Shown here piece by piece: positions 16,947-25,596 of a stretch of 64,000 nucleotides of DNA (its first letter is position 1; each line of letters starts with the position of its first letter). The notes under the pieces are model-generated. The model was not told the DNA's origin and made no database searches. It saw nothing but the letters and a program-made list of their open reading frames with translations. The translations under genes and the position numbers were made by a program. Source of the DNA: Brevinematales bacterium (GTDB lineage Bacteria; Spirochaetota; Brevinematia; Brevinematales; GWF1-51-8); assembly GCA_020059465.1 (NCBI GenBank), contig JAGVBZ010000003.1:89698-153697 (forward strand). Reading direction: 5' to 3'.

Positions 16947-17284
16947 AGATAATTTTGAAGTATCTTTTCGATATTCATTCTTCGATCGAGACCCTTCAAA
17001 TCCATCTCCGGTTAATCAACGATTTCAACGCGTTTCGGGATAATATCACTATCAAACGCGCCGTTGAGAGGGAATTGGAAATCATCGGCGAAGCTGTAAA
17101 AAGAATTATCGATACGGATAGTAATATTGAAATTACCGAAAGCAGAAAAATCATCGCTCTTCGGAACCGAATTATTCATGGTTATGATTCGATTGACGAT
17201 GCGGTAATATGGAATGTTATTCTTACTAATATTCCCACACTGAAAGAAGAAATCGAAAAGTTTATCGAACATTACAGCGATTGA
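16943..17284 (+). CDS. hepT: HepT (DUF86) RNase toxin
   Basis: RNRIIHGYD matches the R-x4-H-x-Y HEPN motif. Size and pairing with an MNT gene are typical. Confidence 0.85.
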   Translation: MKIILKYLFDIHSSIETLQIHLRLINDFNAFRDNITIKRAVERELEIIGEAVKRIIDTDSNIEITESRKIIALRNRIIHGYDSIDDAVIWNVILTNIPTLKEEIEKFIEHYSD

Positions 17285-17304
17285 TTTAATTTTCTATGAA
17301 TACC

Positions 17305-18246
17305 TCATCTCACGACCAGCTTTCCCGTAAAGTCCGCGAGCCCTATCTCGGCGACCATCCCCGAATTGAACCGCAGGAAGTCCCGCTCGATACCGTCGCT
17401 GAATATCACGCCGTTCTCCGGCATATGCGACACGACCGCGAGGGGTTTTCCCTGATCGACCCTGCCGAATACGATCTCCGCGCCGGAGTTTTTACTCGGG
17501 AACGGCTCCCGCACGGAAAAGTAAAGAAATTTCGAGCCCCATTCGAACTTCTCGCCAAGCTTGACTTCCGCCTTTTTATGACGGATTCCACGCGCGACAC
17601 CCTCGGCGCCCGCGAGCACGCTCTTCAGCCACCCGGTCGAGCCGAGTCCGGTCGATACGATAATACCGCTCGACGACTGGTTCTCCGCGCGTTCGCCGTG
17701 ACGGATCTCGTAGCGCGCGGAAATATGCGTCCGCTGCCCGATAAAGAAATCGTTCACCGCGAGAAGTTCCTGCCCGTCGTTCATCACAGCCTTTCCGAGC
17801 GTGATCTCCTTGTGCTCGTAACGGCCGTTCACCACTTTGTCGAGCACATCCCAGAGATCGCCGATACCGAACGGCAGCAGAACTCCGTCCCAACGCGCCG
17901 GGTCGGGATTCACACCGATAAGCGGCTGGCCGCGCAGGTATTTCATTGTATTCGCGACAAGCCCGTCCTGTCCTATCGCGACAACGACGTCGTCCGGGCC
18001 GAAGATGAAGCTCGGCACATAGACACGTTCTAGTATCTGGGTGCGTCCCATTTCGGACAGGATACCCTCCGTCCGCGAGAGCGCGTTGTGGTAAGTATTA
18101 TGCTCGTCCTCGTAATCGGAAAAATCGGCGCCAAGATGCTCGATATAAAAACGCGCCTGCTCGACCGTATTATAACGGACGATCAGGTCTTCGAGACGCG
18201 TCTTTCGTTTGACCAGGACGATTTTACGTTCGGAAAGCCGTTTCAT
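17305..18246 (-). CDS. NAD kinase / diacylglycerol-kinase-fold protein
   Basis: VVAIGQDGLVAN (GDG-like motif) and SSGIIVSTGLGSTGW (NAD-kinase-type glycine-rich motif). ATGA overlap with the upstream SPFH gene. Confidence 0.7.
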   Translation of the reverse strand: MKRLSERKIVLVKRKTRLEDLIVRYNTVEQARFYIEHLGADFSDYEDEHNTYHNALSRTEGILSEMGRTQILERVYVPSFIFGPDDVVVAIGQDGLVANTMKYLRGQPLIGVNPDPARWDGVLLPFGIGDLWDVLDKVVNGRYEHKEITLGKAVMNDGQELLAVNDFFIGQRTHISARYEIRHGERAENQSSSGIIVSTGLGSTGWLKSVLAGAEGVARGIRHKKAEVKLGEKFEWGSKFLYFSVREPFPSKNSGAEIVFGRVDQGKPLAVVSHMPENGVIFSDGIERDFLRFNSGMVAEIGLADFTGKLVVR

Positions 18247-19259
18247 TTTTTCTTGTTTAACAATTCTTTAAGCAGTTCGGGTGAAATATTGAGTTCGCCG
18301 ATCTTCTCCGCATTCTCAGCCATACCCCGGAACGCCATCGCGATCAGCTTGTCGGTATCCATACCCATCTGCGCGAGCACCTGCAGGACTTCGGGCTTGA
18401 TCCCCTCGACCGCCTTGAGCACGGTGGATACGCCGTATGCTTTGGTATCCGCCTGCTTGCGGGCGTTGTCCGCGGAAAGTTCGACCAGTTTCTTTTTCTG
18501 TTCCTCGTTGGTGATTGTAAAATTCATTTCAGCCTGCTTCATTTCGTGATCTTTCATCTGGATCGCGCGCTCGGCCTCTTTCTGCGCCTCGAGTATCTGA
18601 CGTTTTTTATTCTCGACCGCGATCTCGGTATTCAGCTCGTTCTCTTTGATCTTGCGTTCCTGCTCGACCGCTGAATTCCGCCGGGTATAAATTGCGTCGT
18701 CGGCTTCCTTGAGAATCTGCTCGCGCGCGGTCGCCTCGAGGGCGCGCGCGGTATCCTCGGTGGGCAGGATGGCGACAATCGCGAGGCCAAGTATCTCGAT
18801 ACCGAGCGATTCGATCGCTTTATTCTTACGAATACTTTCGGCGACACCCGACGCGATCGGTTCGCTCGAACGGATTGCCTCGCGCAGCGGGAGATTCTCG
18901 ATAAATTTCTTGGTCAGCACCTGAACTACGGTAATCACCCGCTGCGGGAGTTTCTGCGGGTCGTCGGATATATAATTTTTCGTGTTGTTATCGAGAGTAA
19001 AATTCAGAAGGCTCGCGAGCTTTTTAGCATCGGACACCCGGAAGGTGATCTGCCCCTGTACGGTCACTCTCTGGAAATCGGACGTGCTCTCGGTGAATAT
19101 GAACGGGGTCTCGGTGCTTCCGACCGGAACCGCCACAAGCGATGTGGTGGGCGAGTAGTAATTGAACGCAAGCCCCAATCCTTCTTTTACAATACGCCCC
19201 TTCTTATATTTCAGTATGTAGTAATTCGGCTGAAACTTGATAAAACGGAATCCCAGCAT
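18243..19259 (-). CDS. SPFH/band-7 (flotillin/stomatin-like) domain protein with C-terminal coiled coil
   Basis: SPFH-like N-terminal half followed by a long E/K/A-rich helix (EQERKIKENELNTEIAVENKKRQILEAQKEAERA). Start at MLGFRF, preceded by GGAGG. Confidence 0.7.
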   Translation of the reverse strand: MLGFRFIKFQPNYYILKYKKGRIVKEGLGLAFNYYSPTTSLVAVPVGSTETPFIFTESTSDFQRVTVQGQITFRVSDAKKLASLLNFTLDNNTKNYISDDPQKLPQRVITVVQVLTKKFIENLPLREAIRSSEPIASGVAESIRKNKAIESLGIEILGLAIVAILPTEDTARALEATAREQILKEADDAIYTRRNSAVEQERKIKENELNTEIAVENKKRQILEAQKEAERAIQMKDHEMKQAEMNFTITNEEQKKKLVELSADNARKQADTKAYGVSTVLKAVEGIKPEVLQVLAQMGMDTDKLIAMAFRGMAENAEKIGELNISPELLKELLNKKK

Positions 19260-19409
19260 AGCGCCCTCCATGAAATATGATAAGTAATTCTATGCGGAAT
19301 ACCGGAAAATGTCAACCCGTATATTCATACTATTTATATAATAAAAAACATATTTGACTAACTCTATTTTTACATATACAATCTCTCAATATGAATTAAG
19401 GGGTTTTTT

Positions 19410-20162
19410 ATGAAGTTATTATCGATGCTATTTTTGTTTATCTCAGCGCAGGCTCTTCTATACGCCGAAGCGCCCGTATGGTATAAACCCGGCGATAAAC
19501 TCTACGTTCTCGCACCGTCGGGGTTGAACCTCCGTGAAAAAGCGGATATTAACGGCAAACTGGTCGTGAAAGTCCCTTACGCGGGGGAACTCACCGTGCT
19601 CAAGGATACCGCGAAACCCGTCGTGTTCAAATTCGACAATATCGACGGGCACTGGGTATACGCGGATTATCACGGCAAGAAGGGCTATATTTTCGACGGG
19701 TATCTGACCGGTCTTAAGCCGCCGAAGCTGACTGAAGAAAAGCCGGAGTTTTTTGTGCATTATCTAACTACCCTTTTCGACGACCCCGCCGACCCTGAAA
19801 TAAGCGAAGAGGGCGGCGAAGGGCAGATGACCAGTATCAGTACCTACAAATTCGATAATGGGATTACCGCAGAAATTTCAATAACCGATTATTGGACGGA
19901 GGACCCGGATTATATCAGAGAAGTCTACTTTTTTCCTAAGATGCAGCGGGCTGAAGAAGTATTTCTGCTGTTAAAAGCGCTGGGTTATTTCAGTAAAGAC
20001 CCGAAATTCATTTTCCCGGAAAAAAGTATGACGCCCGAGCAAAATAAACTGGGCCTGACGATTACAAAATACAGCGGTGAACTGATAATGAGTACAGACG
20101 GTTTATATATCTATATTTCAATTAATGAGACAGGGGTAACGCTGGATATCAGGAACCAGTAA
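19410..20162 (+). CDS. secreted SH3b-domain protein
   Basis: Signal peptide MKLLSMLFLFISAQALLYA. SH3_3-like stretch LYVLAPSGLNLREKADINGKLV...GHWVYADYHGKKGYIFDGYL. Confidence 0.65.
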   Translation: MKLLSMLFLFISAQALLYAEAPVWYKPGDKLYVLAPSGLNLREKADINGKLVVKVPYAGELTVLKDTAKPVVFKFDNIDGHWVYADYHGKKGYIFDGYLTGLKPPKLTEEKPEFFVHYLTTLFDDPADPEISEEGGEGQMTSISTYKFDNGITAEISITDYWTEDPDYIREVYFFPKMQRAEEVFLLLKALGYFSKDPKFIFPEKSMTPEQNKLGLTITKYSGELIMSTDGLYIYISINETGVTLDIRNQ

Positions 20163-20168
20163 TAGAAG

Positions 20169-20894
20169 TTATCCCTTATCGTACTTGAGCGCCTCTGAGA
20201 GCTTGAATATCCCCTCGTAGAGGGCTTTGCCGATAATCACTCCGCGAAGCCCATCCCTCTCATACTGCGCCAGACGCCTGAGATCGTCGAGCGAGGAAAC
20301 CCCGCCGGATACGATGATCGGGATTTCTGTCACCGTCAGCATGGTCTCGATCGAATCGTAGTTCGGCCCCTCGAGAGTGCCGTCACGGCTCACATCGGTG
20401 TAGATTACTTCCTGCACCCCGTACTCCTCGAGTTCCTTTACCAGATCGACGGCGCGCTTGTCGGTGACTTCCTTCCATCCCTTTTTAACCACAAATCCGT
20501 CATGCGCGTCTATCGCAATGATAATACTGTCCGGTTCCGATTTACAGAGGTTTTTAATGAACTTTCGGTTCTCGACCGCCGCCGTGCCGATCACAATCTT
20601 ATGCACGCCGCGGTTCTTGAGCGCGCGGATAATCCTATTGTCGCGGATTCCGCCGCCGACCTCGACCGTAATATTCACTTCCTCGACAATCCGCTGGATA
20701 ATATCGAGATTCTTGGTCTTTCCCTCGAACGCCCCGTCAAGGTCTACGATATGCAGACGGCGCGCGCCTTCGCGTTCCCAGTACTTCGCCTGGAATACCG
20801 GCTCGGTCGAGTAGACAGTCTCGAACTGCGGGTCGCCGCGAACCAGGCGTACGCATTTTTTATCTTTTATATCGATCGCGGGAATTATCAGCAT
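20169..20894 (-). CDS. hisA: ProFAR isomerase
   Basis: MLIIPAIDIKDKKCVRLVRGD, VGGGIR and SGGVSSLDDL are HisA signatures. Confidence 0.9.
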   Translation of the reverse strand: MLIIPAIDIKDKKCVRLVRGDPQFETVYSTEPVFQAKYWEREGARRLHIVDLDGAFEGKTKNLDIIQRIVEEVNITVEVGGGIRDNRIIRALKNRGVHKIVIGTAAVENRKFIKNLCKSEPDSIIIAIDAHDGFVVKKGWKEVTDKRAVDLVKELEEYGVQEVIYTDVSRDGTLEGPNYDSIETMLTVTEIPIIVSGGVSSLDDLRRLAQYERDGLRGVIIGKALYEGIFKLSEALKYDKG

Positions 20895-20910
20895 AGAAAT
20901 CTTCCTCCGG

Positions 20911-21516
20911 TTATCTTAATTTTCCGAAATTGCTTATTATTTTCAGTCCGTTATTGTGGCTCTTTTCAGGGTGAAACTGCGCCCCGTAAATATTTCCTTT
21001 CCGTACGGCCGAAACAAAAACCGTTTCGTACTCGGTTGTGCCCGCGATCACCGATTCGTCCGAGGGCACAGGATAATAGGCGTGATCGAAGTAAAAATAA
21101 ACATTTCCCGCCAATCCGTCAAACACCCCGTCGCCGTCCCGGATAGCAGTCTCGTTCCATCCCATATGCGGGACAGGTAACGATACATCGAAACGCACAA
21201 CATCGCCCTTCATGATCCCGAGTCCGTCGAAACTCCCGCCCTCACAGCTCCTCTCGAACATCAACTGGTATCCGAGGCATATCCCGAGGAAAGGTTTCCC
21301 GTCGGCGACACTTTCTAAAATCGGGCCGATCAGTCTGTCGCGGTTCAGGTTCTTCATCGCGTCCTCGAACGCCCCAACTCCGGGAAGTACGAGTTTGTCC
21401 GCACGGCGAAGTTCCTCCGGATCGGATGTGATCCTGATATCGCCAAACCCTGTCTTGATAAACGCGTTATATACACTTGCGAGGTTCCCCATTCCGTAAT
21501 CTATTATCGCTATCAT
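20911..21516 (-). CDS. hisH: imidazole glycerol phosphate synthase, glutamine amidotransferase subunit
   Basis: IAIIDYGMGNLASV, LPGVGAF, GICLGYQL (catalytic Cys) and FHPEKS. Confidence 0.9.
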   Translation of the reverse strand: MIAIIDYGMGNLASVYNAFIKTGFGDIRITSDPEELRRADKLVLPGVGAFEDAMKNLNRDRLIGPILESVADGKPFLGICLGYQLMFERSCEGGSFDGLGIMKGDVVRFDVSLPVPHMGWNETAIRDGDGVFDGLAGNVYFYFDHAYYPVPSDESVIAGTTEYETVFVSAVRKGNIYGAQFHPEKSHNNGLKIISNFGKLR

Positions 21517-22107
21517 TTAGTCCTCTATATGATCCTTGGTGGACGGTATCCGCCCTTCCATCCTGTCATCGATTTCCACCGCGCTTCGGAGCGCCCGCGC
21601 GAACGATTTGAACGCCGATTCGAGGATATGGTGAAGGTTCTTGCCCTGCCGGACATTGATATGCACCGTGTATCCCTCGGACGCAAACCCCGAGAAAAAC
21701 ACCTCGCCGAGTTCGAAATTAAACTCGCCCACCGATCCGTGGTATTCCGTCAGGTTGGTTTCCAGATGCGGACGTCCGCTGATATCCATCACCGCCTCGC
21801 ACAATGCCTCGTCCAACGGGAGTATAGCGTTTCCGAAACGGCGGATACCCGCCTTATCCTTCAGCGCTTGCTTTATCGCTTGACCGAGCACTATCCCGCA
21901 ATCCTCGACAAGATGATGATAGTCCACATTGATATCCCCGCTCGCGTTCAGGGTGATATCGATCAGGCTGTGGCGCGACAAGGTCTCGAACATGTGGTTG
22001 AAGAAGCCGATACCCGTATTGATATCGAATTTTCCGCTGCCGTCCAGGTTAATCTCGGCTTCGATATTCGTTTCCCTCGTTTTCCGCGCGACTTTAGCCT
22101 CTCTCAA
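21517..22107 (-). CDS. hisB: imidazoleglycerol-phosphate dehydratase
   Basis: RKTRETNIEAEINLDG, DYHHLVED and NLHHILESAFK are typical IGPD motifs. It abuts hisH with no gap. Confidence 0.9.
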   Translation of the reverse strand: MREAKVARKTRETNIEAEINLDGSGKFDINTGIGFFNHMFETLSRHSLIDITLNASGDINVDYHHLVEDCGIVLGQAIKQALKDKAGIRRFGNAILPLDEALCEAVMDISGRPHLETNLTEYHGSVGEFNFELGEVFFSGFASEGYTVHINVRQGKNLHHILESAFKSFARALRSAVEIDDRMEGRIPSTKDHIED

Positions 22108-22161
22108 ATCTTTCCTCCAATATATCCATTTTCATACATTTTATCATATTGTGCGAAACGG

Positions 22162-23376
22162 TCAATGATTATTTTGTTTATTTCTTGACAAAATAAAGAT
22201 GATTAACAGCAGTATCCCGTCAATTATCGTCAGTGAAACAAACGACGACTTCAGGAAAGTAATCACCGGGTAGTTTGTCAATAGATACCAGTACACCACC
22301 GCGAGCACTCCGAGAGCGGCCCACATAAACACACGCATAAACCTGAAATTCTTCGCGACCGAGTAGTTCACAATATGCTGAAGAATAGCGATCGGAAGCG
22401 TCATAATCAGGTACCACGGCAGATAATCCGCGACCTTCTCGTACCCCGGCCCGAATAAAAGGTTGATCACCGGGATTGCCGCAAACACCGAGAAAAACAC
22501 CGCACCGATAAAAAACAGTATCGTGAGCAGTACGCCGATCCAGAACGTGTCTTTCCGGTCATGCAGGGCGTATGAAAAGATCACGTTGGCGAACACCAGT
22601 ACGAGCGCGATCAGGTTCTTCCCGAACAGCGCGCACGCCGCGATATATCCCGACTCCTGTCCGCCAATTACATTCTGGATCATCGTCAGATCGAGGTTCA
22701 TAATGAGGCCGTACGGCAGAAGAATCACGAGCGCCTTGACAAACTCCATTACAAGCGCCTTATCCAGCTTGAACTTGAAAAAGCTCCGGAACGCGCTCCG
22801 TATATCCGGCAGAAGCATCATCAGGATACCGATGATTCCCGATATGATCGAAACTCCCAGCGCGCCGGTTATCCCGAAGCCCATAACAATGAGCAGGATA
22901 CCTAAGCCCGCCCGAAGCAGCCCTTCGATGCCGATATTGATGCCGTAACCCGCGAAATTCATCCGCCCAATATCCACTCCCCGGTACGCGGTCAGGATAA
23001 TCCAGATCGCGATCACCCCTCCCCCGATGATACCGTCCCAGACAGACGGGAGATGGTATATCGACTGGAACACGGGCGACAGCGCGCCGAATACCACGAG
23101 TGTGATCAGCGCGAACACGAAAAGGGTCGACGAAAATTTGCGGTTCGCATCCTCGCGGGTCATCTTCTCACGCTGCACCTCTTTCGCCACCGCGAGCTGG
23201 ATGGAGTTGATGGGCTGGGTAAACGACAGAAGGAGATAGAAAAACGTCGTATAAATCCCGTACGCCGCAGGCCCGAGCGATCGCGCCGCGAAAAAGCTGA
23301 ATGCAAGGTTGAATATGATGAGGAAACCGTACCCGCCGAGACTGAATAATGTGTTTTTCGCGAAATCTTTTCTCAC
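22162..23376 (-). CDS. polysaccharide/oligosaccharide flippase-like membrane protein (MOP superfamily)
   Basis: About 12 predicted TM helices over 404 aa. GTG start. General Wzx/MurJ-like appearance without a diagnostic motif. Confidence 0.55.
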   Translation of the reverse strand: MRKDFAKNTLFSLGGYGFLIIFNLAFSFFAARSLGPAAYGIYTTFFYLLLSFTQPINSIQLAVAKEVQREKMTREDANRKFSSTLFVFALITLVVFGALSPVFQSIYHLPSVWDGIIGGGVIAIWIILTAYRGVDIGRMNFAGYGINIGIEGLLRAGLGILLIVMGFGITGALGVSIISGIIGILMMLLPDIRSAFRSFFKFKLDKALVMEFVKALVILLPYGLIMNLDLTMIQNVIGGQESGYIAACALFGKNLIALVLVFANVIFSYALHDRKDTFWIGVLLTILFFIGAVFFSVFAAIPVINLLFGPGYEKVADYLPWYLIMTLPIAILQHIVNYSVAKNFRFMRVFMWAALGVLAVVYWYLLTNYPVITFLKSSFVSLTIIDGILLLIIFILSRNKQNNH

Positions 23377-23495
23377 TCGTACCCCGTTTCTAACATGACT
23401 ACCCGCCGATAATTAGCGCGAAGTATTATACACTCTTTTTACCGAAAAAGCAAGCCCGAATGATGAAACAGGGATATAAATTATCGCGGCGCGTC

Positions 23496-23827
23496 CCTCG
23501 ACAAGCTCGGGATGACACCTCGACAAGCTCGGGATGACACCTCGACAAGCTCGGGATGATACCTCGACAGGCTCAGGATGACACCTCGACAGGCTCGGGA
23601 TGACACCTTGGCTCCACTCTGGATGACACCTCGACAGGCTCGGGATGACACCTCGACAGGCTCAGGATGATACCTCGACAGGCTCAGGATGACACCTCGA
23701 CAAGCTCGGGATGACACCTCGACAAGCTCGGGATGACACCTCGACAAGCTCGGGATGACACCTTGGCTCCGCTCTGAATGATACCTCGACAGGCTCAGGA
23801 TGACACCTCGACAGGCACGGTTTGACA
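23496..23827. repeat. 15-copy tandem array of a 22/23-nt unit
   Basis: Units counted directly. Consensus cctcgacaRgctcRggatgaYa (22 nt). Two 23-nt variants, ccttggctccRctctgRatgaYa, are units 6 and 13. The last unit is degenerate. Confidence 0.95.
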
Positions 23828-23958
23828 TGATAGATTCGTCAGGGATTACTGGAATGAAACTACAGATTCACCCGGATGACATTCTACGGCGGGATATTTA
23901 TCATAGGCCGCTTCTACCGCGCTTCAAAAATTTAATGCAGCGCGGCATCGCTGCGGTA

Positions 23959-24747
23959 TCATTTCCCCAATTCTGCGAGTATCTCCTTCGCCTGTTTGTC
24001 GCCGAGCGCGGCGGCTTTCGACAAATCCTGCCGCGCGAGGGTCTTATTCCCTATCTCGAGGTAGACCATCCCCCTGTGGAAGTACGCGTCGGTGAACTCC
24101 GGGTCGAGGCTGATAGCCTTGGTGAGGTCGGCGAGCGCCTGCTCATGCTCCTTGAGCGCGCCGTACAACGCGCCCCGGCTCCGGTATGCCTCGGCGTAAT
24201 CGGGCTTGAGCACAATCGCGCGGTTGAAATCGTTCAGCGCGGGGACATACTCCTTCAGGTTGATATAGAGCATCCCGCGCGAGTAGTAATACTCCGGGTC
24301 TTGGGGCGCGAGAGCAAGCGCGAGGTTGATATTGGAAACTGCGGGTTTTAGTTCACCCGCGAGATAGAGGTAGTTCGCGATCTCGAAATAAGCCTCGTCC
24401 ATCGACGGATCGTACTTGACGGCGTTCGTATAATTCATATAAGCGTCCCCGTCCAGACCAGCCGCAATATAGATATTTCCAAGCATGAGGTAAGCCTTCG
24501 CGTAATCCGGGCGGTACTTCACCGCGTTGTTCATATCCTCGAGCGCGAGGTTCAGCTTGCCCTGCTTGTAGTACTCCAGCCCCCTCTCGTAGTATGCCTG
24601 CGCGTCGGCAGGATTCGCGATCACGTTTTCGGTAAGTCCCTTCAGCACCCCGGTTCCGCTGTCATGCGCGTCCGCGTTATTATTTCCGCACCCCGCGAGA
24701 ACTGTCAGTGCGAAAATACCCGTCAGAAGAATTCTATGATATTGCAT
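23959..24747 (-). CDS. TPR-repeat lipoprotein
   Basis: Lipobox LTVLAGCGNN. Repeated A-x-x-Y-x-x-G / A-x-x-D-x-x-x-A-I-x-L-x-P TPR pattern. Confidence 0.8.
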   Translation of the reverse strand: MQYHRILLTGIFALTVLAGCGNNNADAHDSGTGVLKGLTENVIANPADAQAYYERGLEYYKQGKLNLALEDMNNAVKYRPDYAKAYLMLGNIYIAAGLDGDAYMNYTNAVKYDPSMDEAYFEIANYLYLAGELKPAVSNINLALALAPQDPEYYYSRGMLYINLKEYVPALNDFNRAIVLKPDYAEAYRSRGALYGALKEHEQALADLTKAISLDPEFTDAYFHRGMVYLEIGNKTLARQDLSKAAALGDKQAKEILAELGK

Positions 24748-24759
24748 ACATGCTCCCGG

Positions 24760-25590
24760 TTATTTTTTTCCTTTTTTGATCTGCATGAGCATATCCTCCG
24801 CATCGGGATTCCCCAACTCGGCGGCCTTGGTAATATCCGCGAGCGCGGAGGCGTTCTTCCCAGCCAGCAGGTATAGCGTCCCGCGCTGGATGTAAGCGTC
24901 GTCATGATCGGGCGACAATTCGATCGTCCGGGTGAAATCCTTGACAGCGTTGTCATAGTCCTTCATCGCCTTGTACGCCAATCCCCGGTAGTAGTACCCG
25001 ATGTACAGCGCGGGATTCATCTGCACGAATTTCGTATAATCGGCGGCGGCAGAGGCGTATTTCCCCATCTGCATATATAATTGCGCGCGGTCGAAGTAGT
25101 ATTTAGACTGGGACGGAGCAAGTTCGATAGCGCGGGAATAGTACTTTTCCGCGGCGGATTTATCGGCCTCGATCCACGCGATCATCCCGAGAGAGTAATA
25201 CGCATCGTGAGACAAAGGATTGAGAGTCTTTGCTTTCTGGAACATGCTCTTGGCCTTGGCATACTCGCCGAGCGCGAGGAACGTGCTCCCCGCCGCGCAG
25301 TACGCCGCGGGATCGCCGGGCGATTGCTTCATCGCTGTCTGGTAATCCGCGAGGGATTTATCGAGCTGTCCGCTCAGGAAATACTCCTGCCCGCGTTCCA
25401 CAATCAGCGCGGTGTTCGACGGTTCCGCCGCGATCTTCAGGGAAAGCTCGCCGATACGCGCATCGGACGCCTGCTTCAGTCCGTTCGTCTCTTGGAGTAA
25501 CATTCCCGGCGGATTATCCTGCGGTTTGACATTATTCCCGCATGCCGCGACAAGCACGGCGAATACAAGTACGGTCAGATATCTGGTCAT
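24760..25590 (-). CDS. TPR-repeat lipoprotein (tandem neighbour)
   Basis: Lipobox LVAACGNN. TPR pattern throughout. C-terminus ...LGNPDAEDMLMQI parallels the neighbour's ...LGDKQAKEILAEL. Confidence 0.8.
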   Translation of the reverse strand: MTRYLTVLVFAVLVAACGNNVKPQDNPPGMLLQETNGLKQASDARIGELSLKIAAEPSNTALIVERGQEYFLSGQLDKSLADYQTAMKQSPGDPAAYCAAGSTFLALGEYAKAKSMFQKAKTLNPLSHDAYYSLGMIAWIEADKSAAEKYYSRAIELAPSQSKYYFDRAQLYMQMGKYASAAADYTKFVQMNPALYIGYYYRGLAYKAMKDYDNAVKDFTRTIELSPDHDDAYIQRGTLYLLAGKNASALADITKAAELGNPDAEDMLMQIKKGKK

Positions 25591-25596
25591 ATTTCC

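Noticed and set aside
23496-23827. Possibility that the repeat array is a CRISPR array
   Set aside because: The units are directly adjacent with no unique spacers, the unit is only 22-23 nt, and no cas genes are in the window.
23481-23828. 115-aa ORF (SRACRGVILSLSRYHPELVEVS repeated)
   Set aside because: It is produced by reading through the 22-nt tandem array, whose minus strand lacks stop codons in all three frames. The 22-aa periodicity equals three DNA units. It is not a gene.
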